NCBI GenBank assembly: GCA_963702425.1
Contig: CAVPCQ010000037.1
Coordinates: 341,495 to 405,494 of the forward strand
DNA length: 64,000 bases
DNA from: an uncultured Acidobacteriota bacterium
GTDB taxonomy: Bacteria; Acidobacteriota; Polarisedimenticolia; J045
Direction: 5' to 3'
This document shows, piece by piece, positions 18,300-27,279 of the stretch. How positions within the stretch are numbered: the first letter of the stretch is position 1; every line of letters starts with the position of its first letter. The notes under the pieces are model-generated. The model had not been told where the DNA came from. It ran no database searches and saw nothing but the letters and a program-made list of their open reading frames with translations. The position numbers and the translations under genes were made by a program.

Positions 18300-20351
18300 G
18301 TGACCATCGCGTTCGAGACGGGGGCCGACGGCGCGCCGGTCCTGCGCGTCGGCGCCCGCGCCGTGCCGTTCTTTCCGTTGCTCGTCGGGGCGGCCGCCCT
18401 GGCTGCGACGGCGAACGTGATCGCCAACGGCTGGACGCTCGACGCCGAGGTCGACATCCTCGCCAACCGCCTGGTGCGCGGTCCGGTCTCGGCGCTGCCG
18501 GCGCTGCTCACGAGCGACTACACGGCGGGGAGCAACCTGCCGAGCGGCTTCTGGCGCCCGGTCGTGCTGCTCTGCTACTGGGTGCTGTGGCGCCTCGGCC
18601 TCGGCACGCCGATCGCCTTTTACGCGGCGAACGTTGCGCTCCACGCCGGGATCTCGGTCGGGGTCTTCCACCTCGCGCGGCGGCTCGGTGCGACCGCCGC
18701 GGCGGCCCTCGCCGGAGGGCTGCTCTTCGCCGTGCACCCGGTCCACGCCGACGTCACGGCCGGGGTGGTCGGCCTCAAGGACCTGCTGGCGGCCGGCGGA
18801 TTCGTCGCCGGCTACCTGCTGCTGCTCGCGGCGCGCGGCGCGGCCGCGGCCGGAGACCCGCGCCGCGGGCGGAAGCTCACGGCCGGAGGGCTGGCCTGCT
18901 TCCTGGCCGGCGTGCTGAGCAAGGAGAGCGCGCTCGCACTCCTGCCGTGCGTCGTGCTGATCGATCTCGCGGGCACGCTCATGCGGCGTAGGGAAGGGAG
19001 CGGGCCGCGGCGGCGCGGCGGGCGCGCGGCGGCTGCCGCGGCCGGGTCGGCGGGGTCACTCCTCGCGCTGCAGTACGCGGGGATGCTGGCCGTGGTCGCG
19101 CTCAAGTTCGGGCTTCAGCAGGCGCTCCTGGGCGGGACGATCGAGCGCGTCGCGATCGACCCCGTGGACAACCCGCTGTCGCTGCTGCCGGCGGTCGAGA
19201 GCCGGCTGCAGGCGCTGGCCTTCATTCCGTTCTATCTCCGGCTGCTCTGCTGGCCGGCGCGGCTGGCGCCCGACTACTCGTACAACGCCTTGCCGCTCGC
19301 CGCGACCGCGATGCCGCCCGGCGCGTGGCTCGGACTGGCGCTCGCGTTGGCGGTGCTCGGCGCGGCCGTCCTCGCCTTCGTCAGGCGGGAGCGGCTCCTG
19401 CTCGCCGCGCTCACCCTCGGGGCAGCGACTTACCTCCCTGTCTCGAACCTGGTGATCACGCTGGGCACGAACGCTGCGGAGCGCTTCCTGTACCTGCCCT
19501 CGATCGGCTTCTGCCTCGCCGCCGGGTGGGCCGTCGGCCGACTGCTCGAGCGGCCGCGGCTCCCGGCGCGCCTGGTGTGGGGCGCGCTCGCACTCCTGGT
19601 CGGCCTCGGGATCGTGCGCAGCGACCTGCGCAACCGCGACTGGAGCGACAAGGCCACGCTCTGGGGTGCAGCGCACGAGGTCGTCCCGCGCAACCTGAAG
19701 GTCGTGCTCAACCTCTCGCAGCACCTGCTGGCGCGGGGCGAGGTCGACCGCGCGCTGACGATGCTCGACGGCGCGCTCGCACAGCAGGACCCGCTCCTGG
19801 CGACCCAGCCGCTGCTTGCCGCCTACCGCCCGCTGCTGAAGGGCCAGCGCGCCGCGGCGCTGGCCCAGGCCGGGCGCGGCGCCGAGGCACGCGCGCTGTT
19901 CGCGGAGGCGCTCGCCGAGGCGCCGGAACAGCCCGACCCGCGGATCCGGCTGGCGCGGCTCCTCAACCGCGAAGGGGAGAGCGCGCGGGCGCTCGTCGAG
20001 CTGGAGGCGGTGTTGCGCCTCGACCTGACGACGGCCGAACTGGCGCGGGTCGAGGAGGAGAAGCTGATCGCGCTCGCGGCGCTCGAGCCCGGCGGGAGCG
20101 AGGAAACCGCCCAGCGGGCGATCCGGCTGGTGCTGGAGGGGCCGCTGCCCGAGGCGCGGGCGGCGGTCCGCTCGCTCGCAGCGGCCGCGCCGGAGCGGGC
20201 GCTGCCGCCGTACCTGCTCGGCTTCGTGGAGCGCCGGATGGGGCGCCCGGACGCGGCGCGCGAGGCCTGGCGCGCGGCGCGCGCGCGGGCACCCGCGGGC
20301 AGCCCGCTGGCGGCCGAGATCGATCGGCAGCTGGCGCTGCTGGCGCGCTGA
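18300..20351 (+). CDS. TMTC/DUF1736-like GT-C membrane protein with C-terminal TPRs (putative protein O-glycosyltransferase)
   Basis: FWRPV, LLFAVHPVH..V.GVVG..DLL, LSKESA, DNP, YLRLLCWPARLAPDYS, AERFLYLPSIGFC, RNRDW, then helical repeats. Confidence 0.85.
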   Translation: MTIAFETGADGAPVLRVGARAVPFFPLLVGAAALAATANVIANGWTLDAEVDILANRLVRGPVSALPALLTSDYTAGSNLPSGFWRPVVLLCYWVLWRLGLGTPIAFYAANVALHAGISVGVFHLARRLGATAAAALAGGLLFAVHPVHADVTAGVVGLKDLLAAGGFVAGYLLLLAARGAAAAGDPRRGRKLTAGGLACFLAGVLSKESALALLPCVVLIDLAGTLMRRREGSGPRRRGGRAAAAAAGSAGSLLALQYAGMLAVVALKFGLQQALLGGTIERVAIDPVDNPLSLLPAVESRLQALAFIPFYLRLLCWPARLAPDYSYNALPLAATAMPPGAWLGLALALAVLGAAVLAFVRRERLLLAALTLGAATYLPVSNLVITLGTNAAERFLYLPSIGFCLAAGWAVGRLLERPRLPARLVWGALALLVGLGIVRSDLRNRDWSDKATLWGAAHEVVPRNLKVVLNLSQHLLARGEVDRALTMLDGALAQQDPLLATQPLLAAYRPLLKGQRAAALAQAGRGAEARALFAEALAEAPEQPDPRIRLARLLNREGESARALVELEAVLRLDLTTAELARVEEEKLIALAALEPGGSEETAQRAIRLVLEGPLPEARAAVRSLAAAAPERALPPYLLGFVERRMGRPDAAREAWRAARARAPAGSPLAAEIDRQLALLAR

Positions 20352-20364
20352 GGCGGCAGGGCGA

Positions 20365-22074
20365 CTACCGGACGACCTCGTAGATCTGGAACACCTCGTC
20401 CGGTTGACGGCTGAAGGCGAACGGCAGCATCCCGATGAACTGGGCATAGAACCCGGCGCGGCTCCGCGCGTTGAAGAGCCGTAGCGGGAGCGCCGACGCG
20501 TAGCGTGTGGCTCCCGCGGGCGCCAGGCGGCTCCGGACCTCCGGCGAGGGAGCCCAGAACCGCGGCATCTCCGGCATCACCACGAGGTCTCCGCGCGCAG
20601 GAGCCGTGGAGTCGGCGTGGAGGTAGCGCGCGCCGGCCCGCTCCATGTAGTAGTGCATCCCCCACTCACCGACGTACCAGACGTTCGAGCCCGCAGGACG
20701 TGTTGCGCGCAGTGCCGTCACGGACTTCGCGAACTCCCGGTACGTTTCCGCGTACCTGTAGTCCGAGTAGGCCGAAGCGAGGGCCATCACTGCGGCGCCG
20801 CAGAGCACGAGACCGACAGCAGCGCGTCGACCGCGCGTGGCGACGTTCCACGCCGGGTCGCTCAGCAGGAGGATCAGCATCGCGGGATAGGCGGGAAGGG
20901 GGTAGCGCGCCGCGCTGAACGGGAGCAGGAAGACGCAGTAGCCGACCACGCAGCCGATCCACGCCAGCAGGAAGACCTCGCGCGCCGATTCGCCCCGCCT
21001 TCTTGCGCCCGCCCGGGCCGTCTCGGCCAGCGTGACGAGCGCCAGCAGGCCGGCCGCCACGAAGGCCGAGAGGGCGAGCTGCGCGCCGAGCGGATAGCGA
21101 GCGACCGCCAGCGTGAGGGGATAGGAGACCGCGAGCAGGAGCAGGTACCGGAGCAGGCCCCTGCGGACGAGGCGTCCCTGCAGCGCGTAGTGAAGCGGCA
21201 GCACCAGGGCCAGGGAGGCGCCGACGAACGCGAGAACCGACACGCTGCGATGGAGCATCAGCAACGGCGTCAGGCCCTTTCGCAGCTCGCCGCCGATGCT
21301 CGCCTGGGAGTCGGCGAGCCTGCTCTTGAGCAAGGGGAAGATGTCGTAGAGGGCGTAGACCGCGACCAGCCAGGCCGCGAGGACGAGCAGCGGCAGCAGC
21401 GCGGCGGCGACGGTGGCCGCGGTCGCCCGCCGGCGCGCCAGGGCGTACAGGAGGACGAGCGGGACGAAGATCCCGATCTGGTACGACGTGAAGATCGCCA
21501 GGGTCAGCGCGACGCTTCCCAGCCAGAGCATGCGCGGGGCGTCCTGCTCGATCCCACGGACGAAACCCGCCAGCGCGAGGAGCAGGAAGGCGACGGCCGG
21601 GACGTCGGTCATCACGTTTTGGGCGTTCACGATGAACGCGGGTAGCGTGGCGAAGAAGCCCGCCAGGACGAGGCGCAGCCAGCCGGCTCCCGGGAAGAGC
21701 GCGGCACTCAGCGCGATGAGGGAGACCAGCGCGATCACCGGGAAGACCAGGAAGGCGGTGTGGAGCGCGATCTCGCTCTCGCCGAAGACCGCCTTGACGA
21801 TCTTGATGAAGTACGGGACGAGCAGGGGGTGCGTGATCTCGTAGGGCAGGAGCTGCGGGATCACCCCACCGCCGAAATCGTAGTCGACCGGCGTGGCGTG
21901 CAGGGGATTCCAGCCGATCATCCCGGCCAGGTTGAGAAACGCCGGGTCGTCGATGTGGAAAGCCTTCTGCACGAAAGGCAGACAGAGTACGAGTGTCAGG
22001 CCGATCGCCAGGGCCACGGCGGCGCGTGGTGCGAACTCCGGCCCGTTCGCGTCGTCTCCGACCGACCTCGTCAC
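20365..22074 (-). CDS. GT-C membrane glycosyltransferase (ArnT/GT39-like)
   Basis: KAFHIDDP first-loop DD motif, THPLL, MTDVP, ARYPLP, many TM helices. Confidence 0.82.
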   Translation of the reverse strand: MTRSVGDDANGPEFAPRAAVALAIGLTLVLCLPFVQKAFHIDDPAFLNLAGMIGWNPLHATPVDYDFGGGVIPQLLPYEITHPLLVPYFIKIVKAVFGESEIALHTAFLVFPVIALVSLIALSAALFPGAGWLRLVLAGFFATLPAFIVNAQNVMTDVPAVAFLLLALAGFVRGIEQDAPRMLWLGSVALTLAIFTSYQIGIFVPLVLLYALARRRATAATVAAALLPLLVLAAWLVAVYALYDIFPLLKSRLADSQASIGGELRKGLTPLLMLHRSVSVLAFVGASLALVLPLHYALQGRLVRRGLLRYLLLLAVSYPLTLAVARYPLGAQLALSAFVAAGLLALVTLAETARAGARRRGESAREVFLLAWIGCVVGYCVFLLPFSAARYPLPAYPAMLILLLSDPAWNVATRGRRAAVGLVLCGAAVMALASAYSDYRYAETYREFAKSVTALRATRPAGSNVWYVGEWGMHYYMERAGARYLHADSTAPARGDLVVMPEMPRFWAPSPEVRSRLAPAGATRYASALPLRLFNARSRAGFYAQFIGMLPFAFSRQPDEVFQIYEVVR

Positions 22075-22086
22075 GGCTCGAACCCT

Positions 22087-23220
22087 CTACTCGAAGAATG
22101 CGGCAAGCTGGCCGCAGATCTGGTCGAGAACGCCGTCCTCGAGCCCGATCCAGAGCGGCAGCCGGACCAGGCGCTCGCTGACCGCATCGGTCACGGGCAG
22201 CTCGCCGTTCGTGCGGCCGTATCGCCGGCCGGCCGGCGAGCTGTGAAGCGGGATGTAATGGAAGATCGCCCCGATCTCCCGCGCCCTGAGATGCTCGAGG
22301 AGCTTCGTCCGGGTTCCGGCATCGGGGGCGAGGACGTAGTACATGTGTGCATTGTGCCGGGCGTAGTCGGGGATGACCGGACGCCTGAGCTTCCCGGCCT
22401 GCTCGAGGCCCGCGACCCGCGTGTGGTACTTCTCCCAGAGCGCCAGCCGCCGCGTCGTGATGCTCTCCGCGTGCTGCATCTGGCTGAACAGGAAGGCTGC
22501 GACGATCTCGCTCGGGAGATACGAGGAGCCGATGTCGACCCAGGTGTACTTGTCCACCTGGCCGCGGAAGAACCGGCTGCGGTTCGTGCCCTTCTCCCTG
22601 ATGATCTCGGCCCGCTCGCTGAACCGGGAATCGTTGATCAGGAGGGCGCCGCCCTCGCCGGAGATGATGTTCTTGGTCTCGTGGAAGCTGAGGGCGGCCA
22701 GCTGCCCGAGGCTGCCCAGCGGCTTCCCCTTGTAAGCGCACATGATTCCCTGCGCCGCGTCCTCGACGACGAGCAGGCCGTGCTGCTGTGCAAGCGCCAT
22801 GATCGGGTCCATGTCGCACGACACGCCGGCGTAGTGGACGACGACGATCGCCCGGGTCCGCCCCGTGATCGCCGCCTCGATCAGGGTCTCGTCGATGTTC
22901 AGCGTGTCGTCACGGATGTCCACGAACACCGGGACCCCGCCCCGCAGCACGAAGGCATTGGCCGTGGAGACGAAGGTGAACGAGGGCATGATCACTTCGT
23001 CGCCGGGCTCGATCTCCGCCAGGATGGCCGCCATCTCGAGGGCCGCGGTGCAGGAATGGGTGAGGAGCGCGCGGTCACAGCCGATCCGCTCCTCGAGCCA
23101 GGCGTGGCAGCGCTTGGTGAACGGACCCTCGCCGGAGAGGTGGCCGTTCTCGTGGGCCTCGCGGATGCAGTCCAGTTCGGTGCCGGTCATGTAGGGCTTG
23201 TTGAACGGGATCATCGGCAT
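22087..23220 (-). CDS. rffA: dTDP-4-amino-4,6-dideoxygalactose transaminase
   Basis: MIPFNKP, SCTAALEMAA, EDAAQG, SFHETKN (PLP Lys), EKGTNRS.FFRGQVDKYTW. Confidence 0.93.
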   Translation of the reverse strand: MPMIPFNKPYMTGTELDCIREAHENGHLSGEGPFTKRCHAWLEERIGCDRALLTHSCTAALEMAAILAEIEPGDEVIMPSFTFVSTANAFVLRGGVPVFVDIRDDTLNIDETLIEAAITGRTRAIVVVHYAGVSCDMDPIMALAQQHGLLVVEDAAQGIMCAYKGKPLGSLGQLAALSFHETKNIISGEGGALLINDSRFSERAEIIREKGTNRSRFFRGQVDKYTWVDIGSSYLPSEIVAAFLFSQMQHAESITTRRLALWEKYHTRVAGLEQAGKLRRPVIPDYARHNAHMYYVLAPDAGTRTKLLEHLRAREIGAIFHYIPLHSSPAGRRYGRTNGELPVTDAVSERLVRLPLWIGLEDGVLDQICGQLAAFFE

Positions 23221-23223
23221 GAC

Positions 23224-23943
23224 TCAGTTCTCTCCCGGCCCGGAGCGCGGATCGTCTCGCCAGCCCCAGATGTGCCACGGGGCATCGGGGCCCACGTTGA
23301 AGAGCAGGTCGACGATGGAGACGGCGTGGGTGAACGGCGGATACGCCTGCGGGTACTCCGGGTAGCCGGCATAGGACTTGTAGACCAGCCGAACGCCCGC
23401 CTCGGCGAACCGGGACGCGTCGATGTAGTCCCGGGCCGAGGGGCCGCTCACGTAGGTCTCGGCGCCGGCCCGCCTCAGCAGGTCGAGCAGGCGGTCGGCC
23501 TTGTTGCCCTGGGCCTGGAACTCGACCGAATCGCGGAACTCCGTCGTGATGCCCAGGAAGTTCTTCGCAATCGAAATGACGAGGAACTGGTTCAGCTCCG
23601 AGAGATTCTGCCAGGAGCGCTCCAGCAGCGCGTGCTCGAAGAACGGCCCGTACGCTCCGAAATGGGGCGCCCGCGAATAGTACTGCCGGATCGATTTCCA
23701 GTGCTTGGTCGACCAGCGCTGATCGACGATGGCGACCTCCCGGATCAGGCGGTTCGTCGCGGTGCCGACGGGGATCGTGAGCCAGCTCGTGCCGCTCGGG
23801 GTCTTGATGAGGTTGCGGTTGCGCCAGTCGTTCTTGGTGAACTGGGTATCATCGTAGAAGACGAAGCAGTCGACGTCGTGAATGATGTCGAAGTACCCCT
23901 TCCAGGGCAGATAGTTCGACTGGATCACGGCAACTCGCGTCAT
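23224..23943 (-). CDS. wbqC: WbqC family protein (putative glycyl/aminoacyl transferase)
   Basis: QSNYLPWKGYFD, WRNRNLIK, WLTIPV, YVSGPSA, SIVDLLFN. Confidence 0.9.
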   Translation of the reverse strand: MTRVAVIQSNYLPWKGYFDIIHDVDCFVFYDDTQFTKNDWRNRNLIKTPSGTSWLTIPVGTATNRLIREVAIVDQRWSTKHWKSIRQYYSRAPHFGAYGPFFEHALLERSWQNLSELNQFLVISIAKNFLGITTEFRDSVEFQAQGNKADRLLDLLRRAGAETYVSGPSARDYIDASRFAEAGVRLVYKSYAGYPEYPQAYPPFTHAVSIVDLLFNVGPDAPWHIWGWRDDPRSGPGEN

Positions 23944-24533
23944 CGGTCGGCCGGGTCCCGGGACGCGGCAGTCCGGCCGCCGAAGACGGCGTTCGCCTTG
24001 ATGAACGACCCGGGCGGGACCTCCACGTGGTCGACGATCGTCGCACCGGCCCCGACGAAGGTGGCGCGCCCGACGATCGCGCAGCCACAGACGGTCGAGT
24101 TCGGCGAGAGAAACGTGTTTTCGTGGACCACGCTGTCGTGGTTGACGACCGCGCCGGGCCAGATCACCACGAGGGAAGCGATGACTGCATGAACATCGAC
24201 CACGGATCCCGCCATGATCAGCGCACCGTCACCGACGCCGCCGGCGTCGCGCACGTACGCGCGCGGGTGGACGAGGGCCGGCACCCTGTACCCCTTGGAG
24301 CGGACCGTCTGGTAGACGTTCCAGCGCGCCGAGAGGTCCCGGTAACCGACCGCGATGGCGACCTGGTAGCGGTCCGGCGGGAAGTGCTCGACGACGTGGG
24401 CCAAGCCGCCGAGGACCTCGTCACCGCCGTTGTGGTCGTCGATGTAGCCCGCGAAGCGGTGACCGCACTGGCCCACGAGGTCCTTGACGACCCGACCGAA
24501 TTCGAGCGACCCGTAGACCAGCATCTCGGCCAT
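23940..24533 (-). CDS. Hexapeptide-repeat sugar acetyltransferase (PglD/NeuD-like)
   Basis: N-terminal Rossmann-like domain, VAIAVG, LVHPRA, LbH repeats with VVNHD. Confidence 0.85.
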   Translation of the reverse strand: MAEMLVYGSLEFGRVVKDLVGQCGHRFAGYIDDHNGGDEVLGGLAHVVEHFPPDRYQVAIAVGYRDLSARWNVYQTVRSKGYRVPALVHPRAYVRDAGGVGDGALIMAGSVVDVHAVIASLVVIWPGAVVNHDSVVHENTFLSPNSTVCGCAIVGRATFVGAGATIVDHVEVPPGSFIKANAVFGGRTAASRDPADR

Positions 24534-24535
24534 GA

Positions 24536-25474
24536 TCAGCGGCTCTCATCCTGGGCGGGGCCGGTTTCCCTGGAGACGAGGTAGAGGGGTTTCTTCGTCG
24601 ACTTGAAGTTCATGCGGCCGAGGTACTCGCCGAAGATGCCGAGAATCAGGAGCTCGATGCCGCCGAAGAGGATGATGCAGGCCATGATCGAGGCGAAGCC
24701 GCTGACGGTGATGCCGCCAAGCAGTCGGCGCAGGACGATGACGAGCAGCCACACCATGCCGATCAGGAACGAGCAAAGCCCGAGCCATGAAGCGAGTTTC
24801 AAGGGAAGGTCGGAGAAAGTCACGAAGATGTTGATCGTGTGGAAGAGCAGTTTCTTGAAGGTGTAGTTGCTTGCGCCATGGGCCCGGCTGCGATGCTCGA
24901 CTTCGACGCTGGCGCAGTTGTTCGTCACCCACGACAGGTATCCGTCCACGAACGGAAACGGAGAGTCGAAAGCGGTGACGGCCTCGGCGATGTTTCGCTG
25001 GACGACGCGGAAGGAGCTGTATTCGTAGTTCAGGGTCGGGATGGCGAGACGGAAGAGCCTGCGGGCGATTCCGGAGGTGAGATTGCGCCACCAGGCGTGA
25101 GTCGGTTCTGGGAAGACCCCGTACACGAGGACGAACCCCTCCCTGGCCTTCGCGTAGAGCGCGGGAATCGCCTCGGGCGGATGTTCGAGGTCGTCGTCGA
25201 TGGTGACGATCCAGTCCCCTCGGGCCCTGGAGAAGCCGCAGATCGTCGCCGCATGCTGGCCGAAGTTGCGGCTGAGCTGAATCCCCCGGATGCGCGGGTC
25301 GGTGGCCGACAACTCGTGGATGATCGCCCACGAGCGGTCCCCGCCGCAGTCTTCGACGAGGAGGATCTCGTAGTCTGCCGTGATCGACTCGAGTGCCGCC
25401 TTCGAGCGGCGACAGAGCTCGCGCAGCGACTCCTCGGCCTTGTACACGGGGACGATCATGGAGAGGTGGGGCAT
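24536..25474 (-). CDS. ArnC/GtrB-like polyprenyl-phosphate glycosyltransferase (GT2)
   Basis: IVPVYK, LSRNFGQHAA, TIDDDLEHPPE, two C-terminal TM helices, LGIFGEYLGRM. Confidence 0.9.
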   Translation of the reverse strand: MPHLSMIVPVYKAEESLRELCRRSKAALESITADYEILLVEDCGGDRSWAIIHELSATDPRIRGIQLSRNFGQHAATICGFSRARGDWIVTIDDDLEHPPEAIPALYAKAREGFVLVYGVFPEPTHAWWRNLTSGIARRLFRLAIPTLNYEYSSFRVVQRNIAEAVTAFDSPFPFVDGYLSWVTNNCASVEVEHRSRAHGASNYTFKKLLFHTINIFVTFSDLPLKLASWLGLCSFLIGMVWLLVIVLRRLLGGITVSGFASIMACIILFGGIELLILGIFGEYLGRMNFKSTKKPLYLVSRETGPAQDESR

Positions 25475-25712
25475 GGGCCAGCTCCTGGGAGTCCACCGCC
25501 CGCATCGGCCCGTTCCGCCCCGGGTGCCGTGGCCGACCTCCGGCCCGAGGGACGCGGGGCGGATTGTACTCCAACGGCGTGACTCCGGGACGACCCGATC
25601 GGCAGGGGGAGGGGGAGAGGACTCCCTCTGACGCGGTCCAGGCTGTATTCTGGGCCCCGTCGGTCCGTGAGGCCGCGGACACTGCGAAGCCTCGCGCGAA
25701 GGGAGAGCACCA

Positions 25713-27107
25713 GTGAGGCTTTTCCCGTCTTCCCCGTCCCGCTTTTCCTCGGCGCGGGAGCTGTGGCGTCGCGCCGTCGGCGACCCGACGCCGTTGATCG
25801 GGTTGATCCTGCTGCTCGTCGCGCTCAGCCACACCTGGCACGAGAACCACGACCGAGCGGCCGGGATCGACTTCTATCAATTCTGGCTCGTGGGGCGGGC
25901 GGTCGATGAGGCGGGCGTGACGAACATCTACTCCCTCGAAGGCCGCCGCGAGCTGACCCGCATCGGGGCCGGGATCGCGGCGGTACCCGGGGGCAGCAGG
26001 CGCCTCTCGAGTGCGGCCGGGGCAAGGGAGGTCTTCGAGAATTTCTCGACGCCGTTCCTTTACGTGTGCTTCGGCTGGGCGTCCAGCGGCGACTACGACC
26101 GGGACTACTCTCGATTCCAGGTCGTTTGCCTCGCCCTGCTGGCCGGCGCGGTCGTCTTCTTCGCTCGAGCGCTCGGCTACGGTCCCGGGCCGACCTTCCT
26201 GATGCTGCTGGCGGTCCTTCTGGGTTTTCGACCGGCCTTGTCCGACATACTCGTCGGCAACGTGAGCCGGCTCGAACTCGGTGGGATCGCGCTCGCATTC
26301 GGAATCCTCCGCAGCTCCAAGCCGTGGCGCGAGATGACCGCCGGCGCCGTGCTCGGACTGCTGCTGTTCTTCAAGCCGAACACGGTTCTCGTCGTCGTCC
26401 TGCTGCTCTTCTCGTGGCTCGTGGGCCGGCGCTGGGCGAGGCTGCTCTGGCACGGAGCCGGTTTGGCGCTGGGCTCGGTGCTCGCCATCGGCCTGTCGTG
26501 GATCTACTTCGGCTCCGCTCGGCCGTGGCTCGACTGGCTGGCAGCGCTGACGCGGATCGAGGCCGAGAGCAATCTCGCGACGCAATCCGGGAACTTCGGC
26601 CTCGTCCGCATTCTGATGGAGCGCGGCCTTCCGGATCTGTCCCTGGTGCTGACGGCCGGGCTCAGCGGGGCCGCGGCGCTGGCGATCTGGCTCGGCGCGC
26701 GGCGCACGGCGCGGGCGGCTGCCGGCGACGCAGTCGAAGCGCAAAGGGGGCCGGAGCACGAGTACCGGACCGAACTCATCATCGCGGCCGTCGGGCTCGC
26801 CATCCCGCTCCTCGGCTTTCGCCTGGCGTGGATGCATTACTTCGTCCTTGCGCTGCCCCTCATGGTCTGCGGGATCCGCCCCCAAGCGGTCGAGGGCCCG
26901 GATCGGACCGTCGAGCGCTACGCCCGCTGGGTCGTCGGGATCACGGGGACGCTGCTGCTGTTCGGCGGTCTCCTCTACCTGCTGCAGTCCCAGGGCCCTC
27001 CACCGCCGGCCCTGCAGTACTCGGCCGGCACGGCCCTCCTGCTGCTCCTCGCCCTCTTCGACCTGAGCCGCAGGGGCCGTGCGCCCGGCGCTTCGAACTC
27101 GTCCTGA
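25713..27107 (+). CDS. GT87/DUF2029-like GT-C membrane glycosyltransferase
   Basis: GIDFYQFW first loop, TPFLY, GNVS, FKPN, WMHY, many TM helices. Confidence 0.75.
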   Translation: MRLFPSSPSRFSSARELWRRAVGDPTPLIGLILLLVALSHTWHENHDRAAGIDFYQFWLVGRAVDEAGVTNIYSLEGRRELTRIGAGIAAVPGGSRRLSSAAGAREVFENFSTPFLYVCFGWASSGDYDRDYSRFQVVCLALLAGAVVFFARALGYGPGPTFLMLLAVLLGFRPALSDILVGNVSRLELGGIALAFGILRSSKPWREMTAGAVLGLLLFFKPNTVLVVVLLLFSWLVGRRWARLLWHGAGLALGSVLAIGLSWIYFGSARPWLDWLAALTRIEAESNLATQSGNFGLVRILMERGLPDLSLVLTAGLSGAAALAIWLGARRTARAAAGDAVEAQRGPEHEYRTELIIAAVGLAIPLLGFRLAWMHYFVLALPLMVCGIRPQAVEGPDRTVERYARWVVGITGTLLLFGGLLYLLQSQGPPPPALQYSAGTALLLLLALFDLSRRGRAPGASNSS

Positions 27108-27279
27108 CGCCGATCTTCGTTTCCTCTCGACGGCGCACTCGGCTCGATGCTCCCGTGGAGCGGGCGTTCCGTCGCAGCCGGTGCGGGACACCCCTCACGC
27201 TCGCGCGCGACGACTCGTCAGGCGCGGCACGCTGCTGCCCGTACGGGGCCGGGCACGGTCCCATGCCTCCTGCCTGAAG

